Shown piece after piece: positions 53,201 to 64,000 of a stretch of DNA of 64,000 nt; within the stretch, counting starts at the first letter, position 1; each line of letters begins with the position of its first letter. A program made the position numbers and the translations under genes. Origin of the DNA: Saccostrea echinata (taxonomy: Eukaryota); assembly GCF_033153115.1 (NCBI RefSeq), contig NW_026889803.1:15004001-15068000 (forward strand), read 5' to 3'. The notes beneath the pieces were generated by a model. The model was not told where the DNA came from. It searched no databases and worked only from the letters and a program-made list of their open reading frames with translations.

Positions 53201-56200
53201 CTAATTTTGGTTATACATGTAATATGACGTTAAATAAAAAAGTTATGACAAAAGTCTACAAATTTTTTGAATGACCCTCGTAAAATAAAATAATCAATAT
53301 TAATAATTTTTTCCATATCAAATATTTTATCAGTGGAGATTTTTTTAAGAAGTCATTCAAATGCATTTCACCTTTAAGATTTATTTTTTTTTCTCTTAAG
53401 TAGAATTTTTAGAAAATCCTTACTTCATTCAAGTGTGCCAATGCATTTTCTTCCAAGGATTTTTCATTCCCAAATTTCTCATAACCACTCAATAAAACCC
53501 CTGAAAGAGGAATTGATAAGCATGACAAGAATACACTTAAGGAATGTTTTAAATTTTGTGTGATTTATTGGTGTGTAAATCACACAGACTTGTCACGTAG
53601 GCATATTTCATGAAGCGCGCTAGCACTTCATGAAAAATATGCCTACATGCAAGTCTGTGTGATTTACACACCAATAAATCACACAAAACTTAAAAACATT
53701 CCTTACATTTACATTTTACAAGTTTAGAAGAACCGATGTTATACTCAATGTTTGAATTTTTTGCTGCCCTATATTGTTACATTTTTATTAACGTCTCTGT
53801 AGACTCATTGTGACATCACTTTAGCGCGAGTTTCACCATGTATATTTCTACACATGAGTATGCTTTCAAATCAGTTGCACAGTTGGTTTAGTAGAAAAGC
53901 ACAGCAAATGTAAATATTTGCAAAAATCACAATGATAAAAGCTTAATGTATTTTAGAAAAAATTTATACTTGCAAGCATTATCATCTTCATATTATGTAT
54001 ACATTATGTTCCTAAGAAATGTTTCATAAGTACTACAAAGTATCAAGAATGTATTCAAATCCAAACCATTTAGACCTCTTTGTTCTTTAAATTATTTTCA
54101 TAACTCAAAACACAGTTACTGTGTTTCCTTACCAAACTGAGTTCCCCAGTCCCCCAGGTAATTGACCCTCACTACTTCATGCCCAGCAGCTTGGTACAAG
54201 TTACACAGAGAATTCCCAATCACTGTGGAGCGTAAGTGGCCCTCGTGAAATTCCTTGGCAATGTTAGGAGAACTGTGAAGTTAACAATTTGTGCCTATCA
54301 AACATTATATCACAAGAAAAGTAAATTACTGTGGCACATTTCAATTTGAACTTTTTAAATTTAGAATTTTCACTGACTTTCATCCAAACATAGTTTATTT
54401 TTATTTTTTGTTTTTTGTTGTTGTTTTTTTCTTTGAAATCTTGTATGCTTAAAAAATTTAAAGGTCTGAACAAATTATGCAAATTAAAAGTCAGACTCTT
54501 TTCTGAAATTCCCATTCTGGGCAACATACTGATCCCTTAGGCTAAGATACATGTAGTAGATAGTATTTTGCAAATTCTTAGGTTTAATGGTATAAAGATA
54601 CGTAAACTAAAACCTGAAATCAACAAGAATCTCTAACTTTTTGCTGAGTAGGTTTTCTGTTTTACCAAAACTCTCCTTCCTTTGGCAAATTTCTCTGAGC
54701 ACCTCCTACGACAAATTTCACAGAGGATTAAACATAACAAATATAAAGGTATACAGCTGTAATAATAAAAAATCCCGCTTTTTCAGGGACTTGAGTTTGT
54801 ATTTTTAGGTACCAACATTAAGATCAGATGCTATTAAATCGCTGTTCCACTTTTCCATGATTCGACTGCTTTTCCACTGACAAAAAAACCTTGCTTTTCC
54901 GCAATTATTTTCTTGCTTTTCAAATACTTATTTTTGATATGTACCTCTTGCATTAGCCACATAAAAATCTTACCACAACAATTTGCATCAGTTTAATATT
55001 GGCAACCGTCTGATGCCAAGTGTTACTTGTGGCCATTTAAAAATCACGGACAGGAGGTATCAAATAAAGGAGATAACACGAATTTCGGAAAGCAGTGTTA
55101 AGAATTCACGGAAAATCAGACAGGGGATTGAAATAAAAATATGGAAAAGCAGGAAGGCCTATTAAATATACAAGAATGAAACTGCTCGAATCTGTTAAAT
55201 AAATTTATTCTACTCACCTGCATAAATCCATGAGGATTTACCATAAAATTAATGTCATTTCCTTTCTGGCTAAATGTTATATTTTCAAAATCTTTATGCT
55301 TATCTAGCACCTGCAAGTTAAAGTATATTTGCAGTTGTCATACATAACCTGTGACTGTGACTGCACATTGCAGCAACATTAAGAAATCTTATAAGATTTT
55401 TCTTCATAATAATGTTAAGCTACAGTGAAGCAATATGACACACCTCTTTGAATTGTGGCATAATAAATATGTTGCTTAAAAATTATATAGCTCCATAATT
55501 CATGATTTTACTTACAACATCAATATCTTTTGATGAGGCCTTAGTCAGTCTTTGTAAATATTTCTTGTTGACACTTAAAGATGGAAATCTGGAATATATA
55601 AAATAAAAATGGTGAAGGTATTAAACCTTCAACCACTGAAGGGTTATATCTTTGCATTTCAATATGTCATGAAACAAACATATTGGACACAGAGTGAATA
55701 ATGCATGTTATGAAAATTTGATGTGCACCTCAGTCCTGTAGAATTTACTGAATTAAAAATGCAACAAAAATTAATCAATAAACACAGTTATTTTATATAT
55801 TTTAAATTCTTTAATCACTTGAATTAAAATTGTACATTGTATATTACTTTAGTAAGATTTTTCATCTATTATAATTTCAAATAGCATATCACTGTGACTG
55901 ATAACATGTTTGCCTGTCACTATAATCATGCTAACACCATACATCAAATGACAAGTAGTGTATTAAGAAAATAACTCTGGAATGACAACATTTGATGCTG
56001 GGGCCCGTTTCACAAAAGAGCTTACGACTAAGACCAAAATTTATGCCTGCTCATTACTTTCTATTTCACATTGATTTGAAAATGGTTTTAACCTTTTTAA
56101 AAAGAATTTAACAAAATATTTTTATGCTAGCAATTTTAAACAGAATCATTAATTTTGCAAAATTTTACAAGCAACTGAAGTTTTTGGTCTATAGTCATGA

Positions 56201-59109
56201 GTTCTTTTGTAAAACGGACCCAATATGTAACTACATCATAAACTGCCTGTAGATAACTTGTAACAGTATAACCCCAAACAAAAATAAGTCTTATTAAAAC
56301 TTACCTGTCTGTTAAATGTCTGAAATCACCATGCCTTACAAGAAAATATACTTCATTTTCTAGTTCTTCCTGTTTTAAGTTTACCATACATTTTCTTTTT
56401 AGTGCATTGGCAATCTGGAATCAAGTGAATAAAAAAATCCTTTTAAAATTGCATCTCGCCGCATACTATGTTCTCATGATAGCAAAAAAAATTGACCTCA
56501 CCTTGGTTTAACAGTTGCTTAATGGATATTGCAGAAATGTAGTAGTCTAGATTAAATGTTTCTTTAAATTCTTTGTTCACTAAAGGTACTGTGAGCAAGC
56601 CCTCAAAATAATACTTTGTGCACCCCCAACACCACCCCCACCCCCTGCAATTTTTTCAAAGTGCCCATTAAAAGTACTATTGGTAAATTTGTAAATGTGA
56701 CCTTGAACTTGCCAAAATGACCTTGGTTAAAAAAATGACACATCTCTGGTCAAAGTAATCTTTGAGTGAAATATGGACGTCCAATGTTTCTCTATTAGAA
56801 ACTTATAGACCTGATATAAATTTTATACTTTATCAGCCAGTGACCTTGAGGGCTACATTATTGCAATTGGAGCCCCCCTCCCCCCCTTTAAAAAGGTTGC
56901 TATATAGGTCTTTTTTTTTTTTTTTTTGGTTAGGAAAAAAAAGTCAATGGTGCTGCATGTACCATGTGTGCTGTGTTTAGTTTTTCAATAAAAATAAAAA
57001 CAACCCATAATGATGATAATACTGTAAGTTAATATGCGATGTAAAGAGAGAGAGCATTGTCCAGAATGAGAAGTAAAAGAACACAATAAATATTAAAATG
57101 AATAACTCAATACTGAATGGAACTCGCTGAAAATTTGTTCTGATCCTAATATGTTCACTTAATAACCCACTCCAGATAGCTATTTTTACCTTCTTTTTGC
57201 TTTAGTTGCATTTCTTAGCTAAATGCGGGAATAGGATTACCAAATCTTGTGATACAGTCACACTGACGATGAATACAACAAAATATTTTAACCAAAAAGT
57301 GATCACTTTCCAACTTGTCAATTTTGCATCAATAATTACACCCAGTTGCACTTAATTTCTAGGAGATAAGTTCAAAGCTACATGTTAAGAAGCCTAAAAT
57401 GTCTCACAAATTGTAATCTGTACAAATTTTAAAACATTATACATTCTTAGATAAAAGGTTTTTGGGACCATATTTCATGCATTTCCTCAATATTCTCCAC
57501 ATTTGTATTTTTCAAATTAACACCCGAATTTTGCTGTACATGTAAACAACATGATTAACAACAAGTCTGACCTGTTTAAGAGATGTGCCTTAATTATTAT
57601 TTATTTCTGTTTTCAAAGACAGGTAAAAGTAGGTAGAAGTAGCTACTTCGAGTAGTTTTAAATACCTAGGCAGCTATTAGTAGGTAGAAATAGTCTATGG
57701 ACTGGACCTGTTCAATAATAGAGCAGATTATAATAAAAGATATGTACCTCTAATAATGGTATTATGACAACAAAATATTTTAGAATATATCTCGTTCAAT
57801 TTTGATTGAATAGAAAATTCAAGTGAATGATAATGTCACTACAGCGGTTGTATGTTCATTCGGCCTAAAACGCGTTCACCCTTGACGCCGTTCGCCCTTA
57901 CTCTCATTCGCCCAGAGTCCGTTCACTCTAAAACTCATTTGCCCAAAGTCCGTTCACCCATAATATGTTTAATTGGTTAATTTTTCATATTTTCTTTTAT
58001 TTTATTGGATTTTATGAAGGTTTGTTTAAAGTATAATTCATTTTACTTGAACATTCGGCACAGATAAATATGATAAAGAAATTTTAAAAATCTGTTAAAT
58101 AATCGATGTGATACTCACTGATTTATAAGCAATGTTATACAACTAACATTATTAAATTGAGAATAAAAGATTCATCAAAAAGAAAAATAAACCTTTTATT
58201 CAGAGACTGCTTATCACCAATTAAAATAACCTATATACATAATTAACGTCAATCTCAATTTCATTAATTATTTTCTGAACATACATGTTATACGAACCTT
58301 AAAAAAAAACAAAAGAAGAAAGTGTTTCCTAATTTACGATAAGTACTAAATTAACAGCAATTAAACATTTACAATTAAGTCTTTGATAAACATTGAAATC
58401 GGAAAAAAATGTCAATACTGAGAGAAATGAAATATGCTTATTAGATCTTTTAAGTAAAAAAGGAAAGGCTTTAAATTCAACGATAATGTTGACATAAATT
58501 ATTACAATAGGACAGTCAAGATATATGGCAAACAGGGTATAGGGCGAATAAGAGATATGGCGAACAGACCCTGCGCGAATGGACTCATGCGAACAGGTAG
58601 ATAGGGCAAATGGACCCTATACCCACTACAGCACAAAATCAAAGTACTCAGAAGTACAGAGAGCCGGGCTCATTTACAGACCGTTTTACATGAAACATAC
58701 ATTGTAATAATTTTAACAGATGAATAACAACAAGACACTGTAAGAATATGTAACTCAAAAAATATATTTATGGCATATAGTATAAATAAAAAATGTAAAA
58801 TTAAAAAATAAAATAAATGTAGTTTGAATTTAACAGCGTAAACAATTCATCACATGTGTCGTTTCGGGGTCTTATACCACTTACAGAAGTAAATAAACAT
58901 TGATGCAGCAAGTTCAAACGAGTCCTCAGCGAGAGAGTATATTTGCATCAAGGTGTACTGGTCACGTGCTCCCCGCATTTGTGTTAGCCTGGTAATTAAC
59001 ATAACCTTTATCTATAGAATGTGACGCAGACAGGGAGACCTGATGAAAACCTTTCCCATATTTTAAACAAATAATTAATTGAAGAAGAAGGGAGAAAGTA
59101 TATTACCAT
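44244..59109 (-). CDS. RARS2: Mitochondrial arginyl-tRNA synthetase (~595 aa). Exons 59109-59107 (tentative), 56414-56305, 55588-55516, 55310-55218, 54705-54614, 54272-54133, 53500-53424, 51984-51900, 51763-51690, 51283-51183, 50629-50522, 50318-50258, 50142-50060, 49816-49671, 48995-48809, 48267-48145, 47718-47644, 44795-44726, 44330-44244
   Basis: Exons 2-19 splice GT-AG in frame (1785 nt). ArgRS motifs: [83 protein letters not shown]. Exon 1 is uncertain. Confidence 0.9.
44931..45160. mobile_element. Small TA-flanked MITE in a RARS2 intron
   Basis: tactgtagat...atttacagta termini. Confidence 0.5.
45521..47672. repeat. 40-bp minisatellite (~20 units) derived from the RARS2 exon 17 / splice-donor junction, split by a MITE
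   Basis: Unit actagacattctatgtagtgatgaatgtattaagacttac. 18 units at 45521-46249, two at 47564-47643, and the exonic source at 47644-47672. Confidence 0.95.
46250..47559. mobile_element. Non-autonomous PIF/Harbinger-type element (1310 bp)
   Basis: TIR ggccaaaattaaaaaattgttgtttgccct vs ggcctaaatcaaaatattgtttgtttgccct. TTA TSD at 46247-46249 and 47560-47562; removing the element restores the repeat unit. Confidence 0.85.
50871..51066. mobile_element. MITE in a RARS2 intron
   Basis: Inverted ends tatacaggg...ttattttcgccc / gggcgaaaataa...ccctgtata. Confidence 0.65.
52195..53280 (-). mobile_element. Internally deleted mariner element with a transposase N-terminal relic
   Basis: TIR cgagggtcattcaaaaa, TA TSD at 52193-52194 and 53281-53282. 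ORF 52544-52849 has mariner HTH-like [12 protein letters not shown]...D.RFTVAEL; no DD34D domain. Confidence 0.85.
53538..53704. repeat. 167-bp palindrome carrying two inverted 11-8-11 recombinase-like sites (Crypton-like)
   Basis: tgtgtgattta-ttggtgtg-taaatcacaca at 53557-53586 and its inverse at 53656-53685. Confidence 0.7.
56000..56221. mobile_element. MITE (Harbinger-like ends)
   Basis: ~35-bp imperfect TIR gggcccgtttcacaaaagagcttacgacta / tagtcatgagttcttttgtaaaacggaccc. Confidence 0.65.
57846..58623. mobile_element. Non-autonomous DNA transposon with 9-bp TSD (Mutator-like)
   Basis: TSD cactacagc at 57837-57845 and 58624-58632. Subterminal arrays of ttcgccc (left) and ggcgaa (right). 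Confidence 0.75.
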
Positions 59110-59199
59110 TAATGTTTTTCGTTTAGAGAATTTCTTAGTTAACTTAAATTTGTTTAATTTAGTGTGTGTATTGCATCAAAGGTGGTTGAGCATATGTAC

Positions 59200-59300
59200 T
59201 ATATTCTTACTCTTAATTGATTTGGCGGTGAAGAAGCAGCATTTCCGGTTGAACACCGTAACAAAAGCCGGCTATTGCTCTACGAGCAATGAGCCTGGCT
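59200..59300 (-). promoter_or_regulatory. Candidate RARS2 core promoter
   Basis: Locally CpG-richer, with ETS-like CCGGAAAT on the minus strand (~59241-59248) just upstream of the candidate exon 1. Inference only. Confidence 0.35.
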
Positions 59301-59739
59301 AAAAATAATAGGATTCCATCCAGAGACATGAATAACATTTATTTTATTCATGTCTCTGGATTCAGTCATCATACGCCATAGCCCAAATTACTTTACTTTC
59401 AAACATGGTTTTGTGACATTAGGTGACTGACATTAGGTGACAAGTATCATTGTATAGATATACTCAACTGATCATTTTTATGATATATTTACTGTCAAAA
59501 CTGTTGGAGTTTACAAACGATTAATCGCTTAATTTTCTAGTTGTTATGGGTCAAGAATATTTATGCGCTGGGTACATATAACCAACTGAACGTCTAATTC
59601 TGTAAAATTGTCAAAAAGTTTGCCTTACTTTCCTGGAAACTAATCTTTTGAAATATGACATTTTCCCAAACTCGTGTTATGGGCGCAGACATATTTGAAT
59701 GGCCCGGATGTTCACAGTTCCTTGAACCCGATCATAATG

Positions 59740-59805
<66 letters not shown>

Positions 59806-60955
59806 AGATGGGGAGCGCCTATGTCATTTAAAACCTTTGTATATAACGTTATAAATACCCATCTGCTATCATGAAACATCATTTAGAATATATATATTAA
59901 TTCTGATATAAAACAAAGTGACGAACGATCGACAATCGTAAGAAGCTTTCATGCCAATAAAGTAACCCTTTGCAGTCTTTTTGGGGTAACCTCAATAAAT
60001 GCATTTTTTAACAGTGGCAAATGTAAGGAGGTGTACGGGCTTGATCCAAAATTAATCGTCATATTCATCTATACATGTATATCAACACTACTCAGTGCTA
60101 CTCCTAGCCAATATTCATGATATAATATCAGGCAAAAATGTCAGAAACTTTGATGTTTGAACCCTTAATTTTCAAATTTGAAATTAATGAATTACTTGAG
60201 ATACATGTACATCATTGATCAATAATTATCAACAATTTATTGACGCTACTTCATTATTATTATATATATACAATTTCTGGAATAGTCCCAAGTCCTTTTC
60301 TCAACCAGCAACACAATCAAAACTTATATGTATTTTTATTTTTTTACGTAAAACAAAGTTAGAAAAGTATGGAAGTATTTGTTATAACGAATGAATATTT
60401 TGTTTTATTATATGATTGAATAATTCCTCTCTCCCTGATTGGCTGATATCCAACAATGAAGAAAAAATTCTACGTTATGTTCACTCGCACATAACCTTCC
60501 AGGTGAACATTTTTCTACTTTGGACTAAAATAGATTGAGAAATACAAAAGTGATACAAATAATTTTGGAAAGTTATTTCACTTGCACCCGATTTCCACTC
60601 AGGTGAACATATCATTCAGGCACATAGAATCTGCGGTGAGTGGTGGGTATGGAGGAGGGAGGAGTGCAGGGAACCTGCCCCCACCCATAGTTTTTTAGCG
60701 TAAATTTTTACTTTTAATGTAGTATAAAATGTTCATTGAAGGGCTGGTGCTCCCGGGTAATGGACCTTAAACACCACCACCCCATCTTATGTATCTTATG
60801 TTAAATCATCATATGTACGTGACTGAAATTTTTTTTCTTTTCCTACATTACACCCAAAATAGATTTCAGAATACCAAATTCATACAGCAGTTTATTTTAA
60901 AACCAGTTTCTCTCGATCATCGCGTTTGGCTAGAACTTCAGCAAATGTAAAAAGC

Positions 60956-62045
60956 ACTAGTATTAATTGTAACGGGGACCGTTACAGATGTTCCCCAAAC
61001 GCTCCCCAACTCCCTTTTGGTGTCTTATTTCTTGTAAGCTTCATTAAATAAGGCAATTAAGTATATTGGTCATTTAACGCATTTCACGCGCGCGCACGTG
61101 CATGCATGTGCAGGTTGACAATGTCATTCCGTCTATACTATAAATGCATCTTTATATTCTCAGTATCAAAACATTTCATCAAAAAATATATAAGTTCCGG
61201 CTATATCAAGTATATTGGTCATCTTAGCATTGCGCGCATGCGCACCTGTATGCATGTTCATAATGACCATGCCATTTTGTCTACACTTATAATATGTCTG
61301 TTTGTTCTTAGTATCAAAGCTTTTCATCAAAAAATATAAAAGTTACGGCTATATTAAGTATATTGGTCATTAAACACATTGCACGCGCGCGCATGTGCAT
61401 GCATGTGCATGATGGCCACATCATCTTGTCTACACTTTTAATATATCTGTATATTTTTAATATCAAAGCTTTTCATCAAAAAATATAAAAAGTACGGCTA
61501 TATTAAGTAAATTGGTCATTTAACACATTGCACGCGCGCGCACGTGCATGCATATGCATGCATGTGCATGATGATCATGTCGTCTTGTCTACACTTTAAA
61601 TACATATAAATATTTTGAGTATCAAAGCATTTCATCAAAAAGTTTCAAAGTTACAACTATATCAAGTAAATTGGTCATTTTACGCTTTGCGCGTGCGCGC
61701 ACGTGCATGCATGTGCATGTTGACCATGTCATCTTGTTCATACTTTTAATATATCCTTATATTCTGAGTATCAAAGCATTTTATCAAAAAATTTAAAAGT
61801 TACAGCTATTTCAAGTATATTGGTCATTTTACGCATTGCACGCGCACGCACGTGCATGCGCGTACGCGCAAAATGACCTTCGTTCCGCAAATCTACATAA
61901 CATGCCTAGTAACCCTAAAAAGGTTTCACCTCAATCGGATGTGTAGTTTCGGAGATCACTCACGGACAAAAAAGTACCCAGGAAGAAAAATAATAATAAT
62001 AATAACTAGACTCTTGTTGCCATGGCAACAAAAAAGTCTTCCGTT
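60956..62045. repeat. HINE-like element with ~6 ~150-bp monomers rich in alternating purine-pyrimidine tracts
   Basis: Terminal hairpin tgtaacgg-gga-ccgttaca, repeated aagtatattggtcatt...gcacgcgcgcgcacgtgcatgcatgtgca, and (aat)n plus the palindrome ttgttgccatggcaacaa at the other end. Confidence 0.75.
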
Positions 62046-62469
62046 CTTCTAAATCTGTAAGAATTTGCTTTTTTCTGTGTAAAAAACATACATATCATAT
62101 TTACAATGAAAGAAAAAAATAACTGGAAAAAAGTCCTTTCAGTACTTAAGGTACTTTGATTTTCATTATCAATCTTGTATAATACATTTGGCACCTATAA
62201 GAGATAAACGTATATCATTAGCAATTTAAAAAAAAATTGTTTGCAATCATTTCTAAGACAAACAAACAGACGAACGAACACCGTACTATCATAAACTCCA
62301 CTGTGTGTATGTTTCGGCATAATTGTGATGGTGTTATAAAAAAAAATATAATGAATTTAGTTAGTATCACACTAAACGTAAAGTCACTGAGTTTTGTAAA
62401 GTTATAATATCAAGATTTGACAGCATACCTATAAGACAGATTATTCAATTACAGTAATTCTTCAGCAAT

Positions 62470-62702
62470 CGATTGATTGATTAATTGATTATACGTATGT
62501 TGTTTAACGTCCCTCTCCAGAATTTTTCACTCACATGGAGACGCCACCACTCGCCGTTGGAGACTGTAAATTTTTGTCCTATACTTTGGCATTTATCGCA
62601 ATTGAGCAGTGGGGAATCTTTTTTATTCCAGCATCTTCTGCGACAAGGGACCTCGATTTATACGATCTCATCCAAAGGACCGGTCTCCACGTCCCACAGT
62701 CG
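62470..62702 (-). mobile_element. 5'-truncated tRNA-derived SINE
   Basis: Tail and core match 13736-14016 and 16660-16960. Confidence 0.8.
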
Positions 62703-63006
62703 AAGTTCATAATACCGAGATATTTTTTTATTTTATTCTATTTTTTTCACAAGTTTGTTGCAGCAAATTTACTTAAAGATCATACTTCAAGATCATTTCG
62801 AACTCAGGCTACTTAATTGCAGTGCATACAGCGTCAAGTGATTTTGATTGACAGGTCAACACACGTGCACTTCGTGTGATACTTTTTAAGCTGAAAAATA
62901 TACAGGATGTGACCATGACTGACTATGAAATCAGAAAACATCTAATAAAGAATGGGTGTGACCGATAAAGAACTAATTTTTGGTCTGGATCGGGATTAAG
63001 AGGGAA

Positions 63007-63043
<37 letters not shown>

Positions 63044-63400
63044 ACATGTAAATTGAACATTTCATAATTATAAAATATGAAATTCTGTATACATGTAAAT
63101 GGTAATGTTATTCACATGTTCCAGATTTAAATCTAAAACGAATATATAATTCAAATTCAAGACGGGGGGGGGGGGGGGCTTCAAAGGAATTAGATAATTT
63201 TATGAATTACAAGGAAAAGTACGGACGTCAGTTGCATGTACATGATTATATATCATTGCATAAAATTGTGTTCATTCAGATATACTTATCCCACATATCA
63301 ACAGACCTGTACAATTTTTTTTATCATGTTTTTTTTTTTTTTCAAAAGAAACATATAGCGTACCATTATTTCACACACTCTTTAACTCTTTGAGTATTTC

Positions 63401-63805
63401 CAGGCGCGTAGCCAGAATAGAAATGATGTGTACGCAGAGAACGGCAAGGGGTTGGGTGGGGGCGGTCTTGAGTCCCCCCCCCCCCAAGTGTTTAAGGGTT
63501 CTGGTCAGGCACGTAATATAGCTTTTGCCAGCCAGGAAAAAATTACAACTTTAAAAATTTTGTCAAGCAAGAACGAAAGAGGAAGATTGTCAAAATTCGA
63601 AGTCCTATTTCTTGTATATGTGTGTTTGTTAAGGGGGGAGGGGGTGTCCATCTTTCACATACCAAATTTTTATTAATACATTACCAAATTACCATGATTT
63701 AACAATGGTGCAACAAACAGTGGGGGTCCACCCTTTCAATGTACATTTTCAATAGTAAAAGGTTAGGTTTTGGGAATAAGTAGCTCCCCTGATACTACGT
63801 GCCTG
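63401..63805. mobile_element. MITE with CAGG...CCTG ends
   Basis: caggcgcgtag / ctacgtgcctg with G- and C-rich subterminal tracts; TSD not evident. Confidence 0.5.
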
Positions 63806-64000
63806 CTGGTGAGGACCCAGAAGCTCCGGAGTTTTACCAAATATTTCATTCATTTTCTTGAAATATAAAAATTATGCCATTTAGTTTTTGTTTAAGAAAT
63901 AAAAGACATAGTAATATTTATTGCTTTACCGAAAATTAATATTCCATGGAAACTTATTGTACATATAATTGAGGCTAAAAATTTAACCGATATATTAATT

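Noticed and set aside
56502-57218. Extra RARS2 5' exons (57190-57218, 56502-56579)
   Set aside because: Splice-like signals are present, but the phases do not join the IANALKRK exon without a stop.
59743-59803. (CT)n microsatellites (also ~652, ~29046, ~63013) and the SLSL ORF
   Set aside because: Ordinary simple repeats.

Overview
AT-rich, repeat-dense eukaryotic DNA. The repeat families suggest a bivalve mollusc, probably an oyster (inference). Host genes are all on the minus strand: two divergent single-exon otopetrin-like proton-channel paralogs (3.2-4.7 kb, 14.7-16.3 kb), a 4-exon theta-like glutathione S-transferase (27.5-32.9 kb), an uncharacterised Ser/Asp-rich ORF (34.5-35.5 kb) and a 19-exon mitochondrial arginyl-tRNA synthetase RARS2 (44.2-59.1 kb, spliced by hand). 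The most complete mobile element is a 5.4-kb ISL2EU-type transposon (36622-42052, AT target-site duplication). It carries two intact convergent spliced genes (THAP-DDE transposase and SWIM-YqaJ exonuclease), each starting 77-79 bp inside a terminus behind the same 18-bp motif. Other notable structures are a ~20-copy 40-bp minisatellite built from a RARS2 exon/splice-donor junction, a palindrome with two lox-like sites, a shared His-to-Gln change in both otopetrins, and a TGA-interrupted candidate mitochondrial presequence in RARS2. The remainder is tRNA-derived SINEs, Helentron-type (HINE) elements with satellite cores, MITEs, and LINE/Penelope fragments. All calls come from reading the sequence; no searches were run.
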